DNA of 64,000 nucleotides from an uncultured bacterium (GTDB lineage Bacteria; Planctomycetota; UBA1135; GCA-002686595). Position 1 is the first letter of the stretch; every line of letters begins with the position of its first letter. Under the pieces are notes generated by a model, which saw only the letters and a list, made by a program, of their open reading frames with translations, was not told the DNA's origin and did no database searches. The stretch is from NCBI GenBank assembly GCA_943787795.1, contig CALSNU010000003.1, positions 480,001-544,000 of the forward strand, given 5' to 3'. The translations under genes were made by a program, and so were the position numbers. This document shows, one piece after another, positions 37,586 to 47,734 of this stretch.

Positions 37586-40033
37586 ATGCGCCCCATCTCA
37601 ATTGCTCTGCTCCTCCTCGCCGCCTCGCCCGCTGCTGCCCAGGGCCCCTCAGCGGGCCGCGTGCTCTGGTTGACCGGCAGCACCGGGGTGGAGGAGCGCA
37701 TGGGCGACCAGGTCGAGGCCTGGCGGGACGCCAGCGCCTCCGGCCACGATGTCGTGCAGGGCGATGGTTCGCGCATGCCCGTCCTTGAGCGGTACGGGCC
37801 GGGCGGGCACCCGACGCTCGTGTTCGACGGTAATGACTCGCTCACGCGTGCGGACGGCATGCCGACCGGCAGCTACACGAAGGTCATGGTCTGCGCCATC
37901 GACGACCTCTCGGCCACCAACAACGTCCTCTCTGGTGGGTCTCAGCACGCGGTCTACTTCGAGAGCTCGGACCTCGCGCGGATGTACCACTCGGGCCCCT
38001 TCGTGACGAGCGGGACCCCGGTGGCCGCGGGAGAGCTGGTGCGGTTGGTCGCGACCTACGACGCCCAGACCCAGACCGGCAACCTCTACCAGAATGGCGT
38101 GCTGGTGGGCACTGGGAGCGCGCCGCCACACACGGACACGGGAATTCAGCTTGGGTCCTTCTCGGGCGGGTTCGGCCTCGTGGGTCGGATCTCCGAGGCG
38201 ATGGTGTACGACCGCGCCCTCGATGGAGGAGAGCGCGCGTCGATCGAGGCCTACCTCACCTCGAAGTATTTCTCGGCGACCCCTCCTGTGGTGGTCCTTG
38301 ACCGCGCTCCGCGGAGCGGGCAGCTCCTGCAGCGCGACGGCCAGGACCGCGCCAGCGTGACCTTCGAGGGCCGCGTGCTCTCGGGAGGCTTCGATCGCGT
38401 GGAGGTGCAGGTCTTGCGAGACGGCCAGCCCTTCCAGGTGGTGGACCAGGCGCTGAGCTACGCCGCGGGCGAGGCGGCCTTCGCGCTCTCCGCCGAGATT
38501 GACGCGGGGTTCCACGACTACGAGGCCACGGTGCGCCTGCTCGCAGGCTCGAGCGCGACCCCGGCGGTCGTCCGCGGCCGAATCACCTGCGGAGACACCT
38601 TCCTGATCCAGGGGCAGTCCAACGCGGGGGCCTGGGACTTCACCAATGAGGGTGTGGCGAACCAGGCCAAGAGCCCCTGGATCCGCTCGTTCGGGTCCTC
38701 GGTGGACAACGCCGGGACGGTCTTTGACCAGACCTGGGACGAGGCGGACGCCGAGGTGGAATACGGCCACTCGGCGATCGGGCAGTGGGGCCACGTCCTG
38801 GCTCAGCGCCTGGTGGCGACCCAGGGGGTCCCGATCGCGATCGTGAACGGCGCGGTGGGAGGGACCAACAGCACCCAGCACCAGCGGGATGTGAGCGACC
38901 CCGAGAACCTCGACACGATCTACGGTCGCCTCCTGTGGCGAGCCCGGCTCGCAGGCATCGCTTCAACCGCGCGCGCGCTCCTCTGGTACCAGGGCGAGAG
39001 CGACGGCGGCAACGAGACGCTCCACGGCCAGAACTTCGCGGCGCTGTACGCCGACTGGCACGCAGACTTCGCGACCATCGAGCAGCTCTATGTCTTCCAG
39101 GTGCGGACGGGATGCGGCGTCGGCGGCCGTAGCGTCCGGGAGGTGCAGCGGCAGCTCCCGAGCCTGTACCCGGACCTGCGGCTCATGTCCACGACGGCGG
39201 CGCCGGGCCACGACGGCTGCCACTACGGGAGCGCCGGCTACGAGGAGCTCGGGAGGCGCGTCGCGCGGTTGGTGCTGCGGGACCTCTATGGATCCACGGA
39301 CACCCAGGACATCACGGCCCCTGACGTCGTGAGCGCCGCGTGGGTGGACTCCGTCCAGGATCGCATCCGGCTGACCTTCCGCGAGGAGGCGGACACCCTC
39401 GTCTGGGGAGCTGGCGCACAGGTGCACTTCCAGCTCAGCAACGGGCAGCAGGTCGTCGGCGGGACCTCCCTGGGGAACTCCATCGTCCTGGACCTGCCGG
39501 GGCCCGGCACGGCGACCCGGCTCTCCTACCTGGGCCACGCCTTCGACGGCCCGTGGGTGACCAACGCGCGCGGCGTCGGCCTCCTGGCGTTCTTTGACGT
39601 CCCGATCGATGACTGCCCGGCGCCGCCGCCCGCGAGCTTCTGCGTCTCGGCGCCGAACTCGGTGGGAGCGGGCGCCCAGATCTCGTCCTCGGGGAGCCCG
39701 TCGATCCTCGTGAACGACTTCCTCCTGCAGGTGTTCTTCCTGCCGCCGAACCAGGTCGGCTTCTTCTTCTACGGGTCGGCGCCCGGCCAGGTGCCGCTCG
39801 GGGACGGCTTCCTGTGTATCGGTCAGAGCGGCGGCATCCAGCGGCTCCCGGTGGCCCCGTCCAACTTCCTGGGGAGCGCCTTCTATGGGCTCGACTTTGG
39901 CGCGCCGCCCCTGAACGCAGGGGCCGGTCAGGTCGTGGCGGGGACCCACTACTACTTCCAGTACTGCTACCGGGACCAGGGAGGCGTCGGCTTCAACTTC
40001 AGCGACGGCCTCGACGTGAGCTTCTGCCCCTAG
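37586..40033 (+). CDS. secreted LamG-like + sialate O-acetylesterase (SASA/DUF303, SGNH) protein with conserved C-terminal domain
   Basis: Signal peptide; LamG-like domain (ATYD...LYQNG...GRISEAMVYDRAL); GQSNA, WYQGESD, DGCHY esterase motifs; C-terminal FCVSAPNSVG...FQYCYRD...FSDGLDVSFCP. Confidence 0.85.
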   Translation: MRPISIALLLLAASPAAAQGPSAGRVLWLTGSTGVEERMGDQVEAWRDASASGHDVVQGDGSRMPVLERYGPGGHPTLVFDGNDSLTRADGMPTGSYTKVMVCAIDDLSATNNVLSGGSQHAVYFESSDLARMYHSGPFVTSGTPVAAGELVRLVATYDAQTQTGNLYQNGVLVGTGSAPPHTDTGIQLGSFSGGFGLVGRISEAMVYDRALDGGERASIEAYLTSKYFSATPPVVVLDRAPRSGQLLQRDGQDRASVTFEGRVLSGGFDRVEVQVLRDGQPFQVVDQALSYAAGEAAFALSAEIDAGFHDYEATVRLLAGSSATPAVVRGRITCGDTFLIQGQSNAGAWDFTNEGVANQAKSPWIRSFGSSVDNAGTVFDQTWDEADAEVEYGHSAIGQWGHVLAQRLVATQGVPIAIVNGAVGGTNSTQHQRDVSDPENLDTIYGRLLWRARLAGIASTARALLWYQGESDGGNETLHGQNFAALYADWHADFATIEQLYVFQVRTGCGVGGRSVREVQRQLPSLYPDLRLMSTTAAPGHDGCHYGSAGYEELGRRVARLVLRDLYGSTDTQDITAPDVVSAAWVDSVQDRIRLTFREEADTLVWGAGAQVHFQLSNGQQVVGGTSLGNSIVLDLPGPGTATRLSYLGHAFDGPWVTNARGVGLLAFFDVPIDDCPAPPPASFCVSAPNSVGAGAQISSSGSPSILVNDFLLQVFFLPPNQVGFFFYGSAPGQVPLGDGFLCIGQSGGIQRLPVAPSNFLGSAFYGLDFGAPPLNAGAGQVVAGTHYYFQYCYRDQGGVGFNFSDGLDVSFCP

Positions 40034-40124
40034 GCGGGTGGAAGGCCACCGCCAGGGGCGCTGCTCCCAGGCAGGAAGGGCATCAGGCTGGCGCAGGCCA
40101 GACGGTTGGCCTGCGCCAGCCACG

Positions 40125-40418
40125 TCAGCCGTCGTCGCTCTCCCCGCATTGGTCGGGGGCCTTGGCGCCCTTGCTAGCGGCGACCGCGAGACCCCAGAGC
40201 AGGAGGTAGGGCGCCCAGCCCCAGAGGACGAAGTTGAACATGACGGCGGCCATGGCTTCGACCACTCGCTCCGGCAGGAGGACGACGGCCCCGTCTGACA
40301 CACGCTCGATCCCGTCGGAGGCCCAGGCGACCGCACAGAAGGCGAGCCAGACCAGGACCGGGAGCATGCAACCCATGACCACGGGGTTCGTGCGTCTCTT
40401 GTGTTGGCCCTCTTTCAT
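40125..40418 (-). CDS. small hypothetical membrane protein
   Basis: Two hydrophobic helices; ATGA overlap with the upstream gene; GGAG-type RBS. Confidence 0.5.
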   Translation of the reverse strand: MKEGQHKRRTNPVVMGCMLPVLVWLAFCAVAWASDGIERVSDGAVVLLPERVVEAMAAVMFNFVLWGWAPYLLLWGLAVAASKGAKAPDQCGESDDG

Positions 40419-41110
40419 TTCTCCTCCTGCCCCCCGTCTTCGCTCGGCGCGCCTTCGGGCTTCGGAGCCTCGGCCGGTACGGGCTGCGCGAGGGTTATGC
40501 TCCGGATGGCTCCGAAGCCCTTCCCCTCGAGCTTCTTGCCGGGCCGCTGGAGGTGAAGGTGCCCGGCGCGAAGCGAGAACTCCTTGACCTTGATGAGGCG
40601 GGCCTGGAAGGGCTTGCCCCGCAGGGGGGTGACCATGACGTCCTCCCCGACCATCCTCTTCCAGCTGTCGAGGGTCGCCCTCTGGGCCGCCTGCTCTGTG
40701 GCGGTGGGCGGGGGCGCATCCGCCGCGAGTCGGCTCGTGAGGATCCCGCAGGCGGGCACGCCCATGGGCGCGATCATCAAGAGGGCGAGCGCGCTCCCGA
40801 GGCGACGCTGCCGCCTTGTTGCAGGGGGCCTCGGCATCTTTGGCTTCGTGGTGGCCGCCCGCAAGGCGAAGGGGGCGTAGACCAGCGCCATGAGGAACAG
40901 CCACAGGAGGAGGCTTGGCCCCCACATGATCGCCATGAAGAGATTGAGCCGGGCAATCTGCTCGTTCCACGAGCCCAACAGGATCGCGAACCAAGCGACG
41001 GAAAACAGGGACGGTGACATGCAGAGCCAGAAAAGCGCGGGGCAGGGCATAAAGGTGAACACGCCCCTCCGCGGCTCGCTGGTGGCAGGGTTCATTCTGA
41101 CGTCGGTCAT
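40415..41110 (-). CDS. hypothetical membrane protein (3 TM + soluble C-terminus)
   Basis: 231-aa ORF with three hydrophobic segments; translationally coupled to 40125..40418. Confidence 0.55.
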   Translation of the reverse strand: MTDVRMNPATSEPRRGVFTFMPCPALFWLCMSPSLFSVAWFAILLGSWNEQIARLNLFMAIMWGPSLLLWLFLMALVYAPFALRAATTKPKMPRPPATRRQRRLGSALALLMIAPMGVPACGILTSRLAADAPPPTATEQAAQRATLDSWKRMVGEDVMVTPLRGKPFQARLIKVKEFSLRAGHLHLQRPGKKLEGKGFGAIRSITLAQPVPAEAPKPEGAPSEDGGQEEK

Positions 41111-41524
41111 GGGGCAACCTCGAAGTCTTGGGGTCCGGGCATGGCGCCGTCGTCAGGCGCCGCTGCCGGGGGGGGGGGAAGCGACGAGAAGTCCTCATCG
41201 CGGCAGGTCCTTATCCTCGGCGCATCCCGGGCCCATCGACCTGCGCTCACAGTGGGCCCGTTGATCAGCCCACCTGATCGATCGGCTCCTCTGCTCGCCC
41301 CTGGGCGGACTGGGGCGGGTTGGGGCCGATTCGTGCCGCTTGAGGCCGCACGTCTGGCGCGCCGCGCGCCTCGGTCACATTAGTCACATCGGCCCCGGGA
41401 GAGCGCCTCGGGCACCGCTCCGGCCCGATTCGGCCCGATTCGGCCCAGCATCGCTCCCTTCGGCGTGCTCAGCCTCTCCCCATGGCCAAGGCCACCTCGC
41501 GTCACCAGCGCACAGGGGGCGGGC

Positions 41525-41755
41525 TCACTTCGGCGGGCCCGTCTCCACGGTGCGGGGGCCGCCGGAATCGAAGACCGAGACGCACTGGCCGATCCAGAGG
41601 AAGGGGAGCAGGAGCAAGAGGAAGCCCAGGCAGCTGGTGCACCCCGGCGTCCGGGGCTGTCGTCGGGCCCCGAGTCCGTCGCGGACGCCTCGCTCGACGG
41701 CCTCACGGAGGCGCCGCTCGTCGTCCTCCTCGTCAAAGTAGATCTCACCGGGCAT
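41525..41755 (-). CDS. small hypothetical single-TM protein
   Basis: MPGEIYFDEEDDERRLREAVERG...GCTSCLGFLLLLLPFLWIGQC; protein-like composition. Confidence 0.5.
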   Translation of the reverse strand: MPGEIYFDEEDDERRLREAVERGVRDGLGARRQPRTPGCTSCLGFLLLLLPFLWIGQCVSVFDSGGPRTVETGPPK

Positions 41756-42067
41756 GCTCGAGGAGAAGAGCGCGGCCGAGCGAACCGTGACGCCAAATCC
41801 CGGGAGAGTCTCTCCCCGGTCCGTCCCGATTGGGCCTCGTATCTTCTGCCCTCTGGAGCGTCACCGCCACCGCGTCCGCAAGGTCGCACGTGGTCCGCCC
41901 GCCGAGCGCGTCGGGGCGCCAGCCTGGGATCGCCGGGTTGGACCATGACGGTCCCCGTCAGGGGCGGCGTCGACTTGAGGTTGACGCTCCAAACTCCTGG
42001 TGCGTGGACCGGACTTGGGCGCGACGCGCCCTGGCTGCGCGCATCGCGTCAGCGTCTATATCCGCCC

Positions 42068-43462
42068 CTATCTTAGGGGCTGCGCGATGCAGTACAGGTG
42101 TCGCGAACCGCGCAGGTACAGCTCGTCCCCGACGATCGCGGCCGAGGCGCTGAAGGTGTCGTCGAGGAGGTTTTGGGCCAGGATCTGAGGGTTCTCGGGG
42201 TCGGCGCTGAGGACGAGGGTGAGGCCGCTGCGGTCGGTGATGTAGAGGCGGTCCTTGGCGGCGACCGGGGAGGCGTAGATCTCGTTCAGGCCGGGGAGGC
42301 GCATGGCGCGGTTGGGCTCGGCGCCGGTGGCGGCGTGGACGCGGGTGAGGAAGCCCTGGTAGTGGTTGAGGAAGTAGAGCCAGCCGTCCTTGAGGAGCGG
42401 GGAGGGCACGTAGGGCGTGCCGCGCTGGCGGCGCCAGGCGATGCGGTCGGTGGTGGTGATGTCCCCCTTCGCGCCCTCGAGCCGGATGCCGAGCATGCGC
42501 TTGCGCACGTAGCTGCTGCCCGCGAAGACCATCCCGTCCCCGGCGACGGGGGAGGCGACGACGTTGTTGGAGAGGCCCGCGCACTCCCAGATGACCGAGC
42601 CGTCCTCCAGGTCGTAGGCGCAGACCCGGCGGGTGCCGCTCACGATGATCTGCTTCCGGCCGTCGTGCTCCACCACGATCGGGGTGGCCCAGGAGGTCAC
42701 CTCGTCCCGCTCCTTGCGCCAGCGTTGCTTGCCCGTGGCCTTGTCCATGGCCGCGATGAACGAGGGACCCTCGTGGTCCCAGTTGACGATCACGGTGTCC
42801 CCGTGGAGGGCGGCGGTGGCCCCCTCTCCGTGGCCGTGCTTCACCTGCATGTCGCCGAGGTCGTCGTGCCAGAGCACCTCGCCGTCCAGGTCCAGCCCGT
42901 AGATGCCGTAGGAGCCGAAGAAGGCGACCAGGTGCTCCCCGTCCGTGACCGCGGACGCGGCCGCCAGGGCGCCGGACACGTGGAAGCCGGCGTGGGGGAG
43001 CTGCTCGTGGAGCTCGGTCTCCCAGACGATCTCGCCGCTCTTGCGGTCGATGGCGAAGGCGATGAACCGGTGGCGCTGGCGGACCGGCGCGTTGTCGTGG
43101 GCGCCGGGCGCGTCGTCGGGGACCGGGTCGAGGATCGGGCCGATGGGCACCGCCGCGGTCAGGAAGACGCGGTCGCCCCAGATCACCGGGGTCCCGTAGC
43201 CCTCGCCCGGCAGCGCCGTCTTGAAGCGGACGTTCTCGGTCTCACTCCAGCGGGTGGGCGGGTCCGAGTCCGGCGCGACACCGGTCCCTAGCGGCCCCCT
43301 CCACTGCGCCCAGTGTGCTTCGGCTGCTCCGACCTCCGGCGTCCTCGCCTCCGTGCCCTGCGGGGCCGCCGCGAGCGCCGCCTGCGGGCTGGGCTCCTGC
43401 GCAAGCGCAGGCGCCCCAAGAAGGCAGGTCAGGAAGGTGGCCCGTGTGACGAGAGCGGTCAT
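42068..43462 (-). CDS. PQQ-binding-like beta-propeller repeat protein (BamB-like)
   Basis: WAQWRGPLGTG, repeated W-x-x motifs, SWATP, VASPV, YVPSP, IYASPV, FSASAAI..LYLRG. Confidence 0.92.
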   Translation of the reverse strand: MTALVTRATFLTCLLGAPALAQEPSPQAALAAAPQGTEARTPEVGAAEAHWAQWRGPLGTGVAPDSDPPTRWSETENVRFKTALPGEGYGTPVIWGDRVFLTAAVPIGPILDPVPDDAPGAHDNAPVRQRHRFIAFAIDRKSGEIVWETELHEQLPHAGFHVSGALAAASAVTDGEHLVAFFGSYGIYGLDLDGEVLWHDDLGDMQVKHGHGEGATAALHGDTVIVNWDHEGPSFIAAMDKATGKQRWRKERDEVTSWATPIVVEHDGRKQIIVSGTRRVCAYDLEDGSVIWECAGLSNNVVASPVAGDGMVFAGSSYVRKRMLGIRLEGAKGDITTTDRIAWRRQRGTPYVPSPLLKDGWLYFLNHYQGFLTRVHAATGAEPNRAMRLPGLNEIYASPVAAKDRLYITDRSGLTLVLSADPENPQILAQNLLDDTFSASAAIVGDELYLRGSRHLYCIAQPLR

Positions 43463-43651
43463 GGAGTCACCTTACGCGGGGGCCCTGGAGGTTGTTGGTC
43501 GCGGCCCTGGTCCTCCCGGGCACGCGAGCCTCGGGGCGCCGTGGTCGCGCATGGGAGGGGTCGGCGTTCCCCCAAGGCACAACGGCCCGGACTTCGCCTG
43601 CTCCGCCCTGGCCAGGCGCCGTGAGGCCCTGGTGAAGGCATCTGGCCCGGG

Positions 43652-45037
43652 CTAGGCCAGCAGCTCGGTCAGCGGGCCGGCGTGGGAGACGCCGTTCTGC
43701 TTGAGCACCAGGTCCTCGTTCCCGAAGAATTCGATGGGGTTGCCGTGGGCGTTGAGGACCGTCGTCCACCAGTCCGCGATGGTGCGGCAGCCCTTGGCGC
43801 CGTACTCGGGGTACCGCAGGTAGCGGCCCGGCAGCTTCAGCTTGCCGCTGCAGCCACCGAGGACGAGGTAGGGCCACTCCCGGCACGAGCCGTGGTGGGC
43901 GTCGCCGGAGTCCGACAGGAAGACGATCATGGTCCGGTCGAGCAGGTTGCCGTCGCCCTCGGGCACCGCCTTCAGCTTGCCGGCGAGAGCCGCCAGGAGC
44001 GCCGTGTGGTGCTCGCGGATGATGTCCCGGTACTCGGCCTGGGGCCTCGTGCCCTCGTCGTGCCCGATGCCGTGGTTGTGCTTGTCGATCCCGAGCTGCG
44101 TGTAGGTCGTGTTGATGTTGTCGAGGCGGATCGTGACGACGTTGGTGAGCCCCGCGATCAGCGCGGCGGCGGCGAGGTCGAAGTGGGCCTCTTGCCGGAG
44201 CTCCTCGGGCTCGGCCGTGTACTTGTCGGAGAGCGCGGGGGCGTGCTCCTTGATCTGGGCCTTCATCCCGGCCAGCCGGGTGTGCCGCACCTGCAGCTCC
44301 TCGAAGGAGTTCAGGTACGCGTCCAGCTTGTCGCGCTCCGAGGAGGGGACCTGTTTGCGGACCTTCTTGAGGTCCCCGACCATGAAGTCGAAGAGGTTTC
44401 GCTGGAGCCTGAAGCGGGTCTTGCCGGACTCGGTCGCGGACACGGCGGAGCCGAACAGCTGTTCGTAGGCGAGGTCGGGGGAGCCCTGGAAGGGCCGCTC
44501 CTTGCCCGGCCCGGTGGCCGTGATGCCCGGGTACAGGGTGCCGCCGTAGCTCTTGCTCAGGGCCTTGCCCTTGACCGCGAGCGCCACGTGGTTGAAGGGC
44601 GCCGGGTTGAGCCGCGCCAGCTCGGCGTCGGCGGTCGCCCGCACGACCGCGCCGGCGTCGAACTCGCCGCCGGTCATGTAGGCCGCCATCATGCCGAAGT
44701 AGCTGGAGTGTCCGCCCCGGCACATCTTCCCGGAGAGGCCCTGCACGATGGAGAGCTGGTCCTTGAAGGGCTCCAGCGCTCGCATGGACTTTGGCAGGGC
44801 GGCCTTCGTCAGGTCCGCGTTGAACAGGTCCGGGCGGGCGTCTGTCCCCTGGAACGCCAGCGGGGTGACGCCCTCGGGGACGATGCCGCTCGACTTGACG
44901 ACGAACACGAAGCGGCTGGGGAAGGCGTCCTGGGCGCCGCCCGCCTGCAGCTGGAGTTGGCGCAGCAACGGGGTGAGCAGGGCGCTCCCGGCGCCGAGGG
45001 AGAGGCCCCTCATGATCTCGCGACGTGAGTAGTTCAC
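43652..45037 (-). CDS. DUF1552 domain-containing protein (Tat-like signal)
   Basis: SRREIMRGLSLG; LEPFKDQL..VQGLS; ERDKLDAYLNS; LIAGLTNV; LKAVPEGDGNLLDRT; GTGA overlap with the upstream gene. Confidence 0.9.
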   Translation of the reverse strand: MNYSRREIMRGLSLGAGSALLTPLLRQLQLQAGGAQDAFPSRFVFVVKSSGIVPEGVTPLAFQGTDARPDLFNADLTKAALPKSMRALEPFKDQLSIVQGLSGKMCRGGHSSYFGMMAAYMTGGEFDAGAVVRATADAELARLNPAPFNHVALAVKGKALSKSYGGTLYPGITATGPGKERPFQGSPDLAYEQLFGSAVSATESGKTRFRLQRNLFDFMVGDLKKVRKQVPSSERDKLDAYLNSFEELQVRHTRLAGMKAQIKEHAPALSDKYTAEPEELRQEAHFDLAAAALIAGLTNVVTIRLDNINTTYTQLGIDKHNHGIGHDEGTRPQAEYRDIIREHHTALLAALAGKLKAVPEGDGNLLDRTMIVFLSDSGDAHHGSCREWPYLVLGGCSGKLKLPGRYLRYPEYGAKGCRTIADWWTTVLNAHGNPIEFFGNEDLVLKQNGVSHAGPLTELLA

Positions 45038-47406
45038 TGGCCTCGCCTCCCGGCGGCGTTGACGGTCTTGCGGTAGAGGAACGAGTCCGAGGTGAGCAGC
45101 GACGTGACCAGGGCCCGGAAGCTCCCGCCGCTCTCGAGGTACGCCTCGTCGGCGGCGATCAGGGTCTTCGAGTCCGCGAGGGTCTCGTTCCTGCCCATGT
45201 AGTAGCGGAATACGTGCCGGATGATCGACTGGCGGGCCATGTCCGAGCGGGCCAGGCGGTGGATCAGATCCAGGGCGTCTTCGACCTCGCCGTCGACGTC
45301 CAGCTCGTCCGTGCCCTCGAGGAGCCCGCGGGCGTTGACCGGCTTGCTGCTGCCGTCGCCGATGGTCTCGGTCTGTCGGAAGCGGCCCAGGTCGTCGTAC
45401 ATCTCGAAGGTGTGCCCGAGCGGGTTCATCTTGGCGTGGCAGCGCCAGCACTCCGGGGCCTCGGTGACCTCCAGCCGCTCCCTGAGAGTCTTGCCGTGAT
45501 CCTCAGGGACCGTGGCGTCGACGGTGATCGGGATGTCCGGCACCACGCCAGCGAGCAGCCGCTCGCGGACCCACTTGCCGCGGCGGATGGGGTCCGTCGA
45601 ATCGTTGAGCGAGTGGGCGATGAGCCACGCCGGGTGGGTCAGCATCCCCGCGCGGTGGGGCCGCTTGTAGGGCTGGGGGAGCAGGAAGTCCTGCTCGTCG
45701 TCCTCGAGGTCGTAGACCATCGGGTACTTCTTGTAGAGCTGCTGCATGCCGTGCCGCAGGAACTCCTCGTCGTCCGAGTGCTTCCATTGCCCGCACTCCT
45801 TCACGATCTGCTTGATGGCGCGGATGCTGCCGTTGAAGCCCCGGTTGAACTTGTGCAGGTGGTACTTCTCGTTGAGCTCGTCCCAGCCGTCGAGGTCCAG
45901 TCTCTGCAGCAGCTCCTGCTGCTTGGCCTCGGGGAACTCGCCCGCGTCCAGCTGCGCCTGGTTCAGCTTGTAGAAGTCGTAGACCGTGTTGCGGAACGTC
46001 TGGCGGTTGAGGATGAAGTACTCGTCCGAGGTCAGCAGCCGTTCGAGGACGTCCTGGTCGTCTTCGAGGATGTTGAGCACGAAGAAGTCCGCCTCGCGCT
46101 CGTACATCTGCGGGTAGTTCTCGCCGTAGTACGCGAAGCCCCCGGAGCGCTTCTCGTCCTTGAAGATCTTGTGGGCCTGGGCGTAGCCGAAGAACTCCTG
46201 AAAGAAGCGGAGGGTGCGGGGCTTCTCGATGTCGGGGTCGGCGAGGATGCGTGCAACCTCCCGCTCGACGTCGGCGCGGGTCTCGAGCTGTCCGTCTCCG
46301 GCGGCGCGCATCAGGGCCCCGTCGGGCCGGCGGTCGGTGAGCGCATAGGCGATGGCGAAGGCCAGCTCGGTGCTCGAGAGCATGCGCCGCCCCCCGCTGC
46401 CCCGCTTCCCGAGCCCGATCTCGAGCCGGTAGACGGACTCGTGGTGGAGCATCACGGCCATCAGCACGACGCGGAGGGCCTCCGCCGTGCCGCCCTCGCG
46501 CGCGGCCTGCCGGAAGAGCCGGTCGTAGTCCTTCTCCTCGCCGCGGGTGGGGGCCCGGTAGACGACGGTCTGGAAGTGCGCCCGGAGGATCGGTGCCAGG
46601 ACCTCCTCGTCGGGGGCCTCACTGGAGGCGGCGAGGGCCGCATAGCGCGTCTCGATGAGGGCGTCGGCCGCAAGGCCGGCGTTGCTGACCAGCGTATTGA
46701 CCACCGCCGAGTCGGCGAACAGCAGGTCGGCGTAGTCCTTGATGCCCATCTTGTCCTCCAGCATGAAGGGCTGCCGCAGGTGACCGGGGTCGCCGCCGTA
46801 GCCCGCCTTGATGCTGTCGAAGACGTTGGGGCTGGTGCGCCAGAGCCTCGCCGGGGAAAAGGGCGCGGTCTCGATCTCGCCGCTGAACAGCCGCTCGTGG
46901 TCCACGTAGTTGCCGAAGGAGGGGCTCTGGAGCTTCGCGTAGATGTCCGACTCGTTCCCCGACTTCGCGAGCTCGCCGTCGATCCAGCGGATCACGGCGT
47001 CCCGTTCGCGCGTCTTGGGCTGCTTCCCGCTGGAGGGCGGCATGGCCTCCACGACGAGCTGCAGGAGCACGTTCTTCCAGAGCTCCATGTCCTGACCCGC
47101 CGCCAGCTCCGCGCTGATGCCATCGAGGCGGACGTCCGCCTCGGTCCGGCTCCCCGCGTGGCACCTCGTGCAGTAGCGATCCAGGAACGGCCGGACGGTC
47201 TCCTCGAAGGCGGTCCCGTCGACGGCCGTCTTCACGTCCCCGCGGCGGGGAATGGGCGTGTGCCGGGTGCTCGGCGCCGCAGATCCAACCGAGACCGCGA
47301 GCGAGCCTGCCGCGATCAGCAGGCCGAGGCCGAGACCATGGCGTCGCCGCTCGACTCGAAGCCCGCCCTCGGGGCTGGGTGAGGTGGTCGGGTGTGCCTG
47401 GCTCAT
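45034..47406 (-). CDS. DUF1592/DUF1588/DUF1585 domain protein with planctomycete cytochrome c domain
   Basis: CTRCH + MPP (PSCyt-like), ELAFAIAYALTD.RPD, RAGMLTHP, DPIRRGKWVRE, TLRERL..CWRCH.KMNPLG, FRYYMGRNE. Confidence 0.9.
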   Translation of the reverse strand: MSQAHPTTSPSPEGGLRVERRRHGLGLGLLIAAGSLAVSVGSAAPSTRHTPIPRRGDVKTAVDGTAFEETVRPFLDRYCTRCHAGSRTEADVRLDGISAELAAGQDMELWKNVLLQLVVEAMPPSSGKQPKTRERDAVIRWIDGELAKSGNESDIYAKLQSPSFGNYVDHERLFSGEIETAPFSPARLWRTSPNVFDSIKAGYGGDPGHLRQPFMLEDKMGIKDYADLLFADSAVVNTLVSNAGLAADALIETRYAALAASSEAPDEEVLAPILRAHFQTVVYRAPTRGEEKDYDRLFRQAAREGGTAEALRVVLMAVMLHHESVYRLEIGLGKRGSGGRRMLSSTELAFAIAYALTDRRPDGALMRAAGDGQLETRADVEREVARILADPDIEKPRTLRFFQEFFGYAQAHKIFKDEKRSGGFAYYGENYPQMYEREADFFVLNILEDDQDVLERLLTSDEYFILNRQTFRNTVYDFYKLNQAQLDAGEFPEAKQQELLQRLDLDGWDELNEKYHLHKFNRGFNGSIRAIKQIVKECGQWKHSDDEEFLRHGMQQLYKKYPMVYDLEDDEQDFLLPQPYKRPHRAGMLTHPAWLIAHSLNDSTDPIRRGKWVRERLLAGVVPDIPITVDATVPEDHGKTLRERLEVTEAPECWRCHAKMNPLGHTFEMYDDLGRFRQTETIGDGSSKPVNARGLLEGTDELDVDGEVEDALDLIHRLARSDMARQSIIRHVFRYYMGRNETLADSKTLIAADEAYLESGGSFRALVTSLLTSDSFLYRKTVNAAGRRGQ

Positions 47407-47596
47407 GTGGGACGGTGAGCCTCGTCGAGGCCGGATCCCACACTAGTCGGTACGGTTGGAACCCTCAAGGAGTCCAGAGGCGCCGTCACCGCAGTCCCAG
47501 AAGCGGTCGCGGGACGTTTGGGAGCGAACGCGGCCCACGCGCGCCCCCCGATGCGAGAGGACGTCGAGTCCCCGTGCGCCGGGAGCCGCTGGCCTG

Positions 47597-47668
47597 CCCG
47601 TGGCTCCCGTGATCCCTGTGGCCCCCGTGATCCCTGTAGCCCCCGTGATCTCCGTAGCCTCCGTGGTC
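47597..47668. repeat. intergenic tandem repeat, 18-bp unit (9-bp sub-period) x4
   Basis: CCCGTGGCTCCCGTGATC, CCTGTGGCCCCCGTGATC, CCTGTAGCCCCCGTGATC, TCCGTAGCCTCCGTGGTC. Confidence 0.85.
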
Positions 47669-47734
47669 TCGGCGGCGTCGCCCGATCAAAGGCCACGGGG
47701 TGAGGTGGAGGGCGTGGGGCCACGGGCGGGCCGC

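Noticed and set aside
42068..47406. DUF1592/1588-DUF1552-PQQ propeller cluster as a novel system
   Set aside because: Uncharacterised, but a very common, already catalogued multi-copy arrangement in planctomycetes; nothing distinctive seen here.
26232..47668. Short repeat arrays as CRISPR
   Set aside because: Units are contiguous with no unique spacers, are only 10-18 bp, and no cas genes are present.
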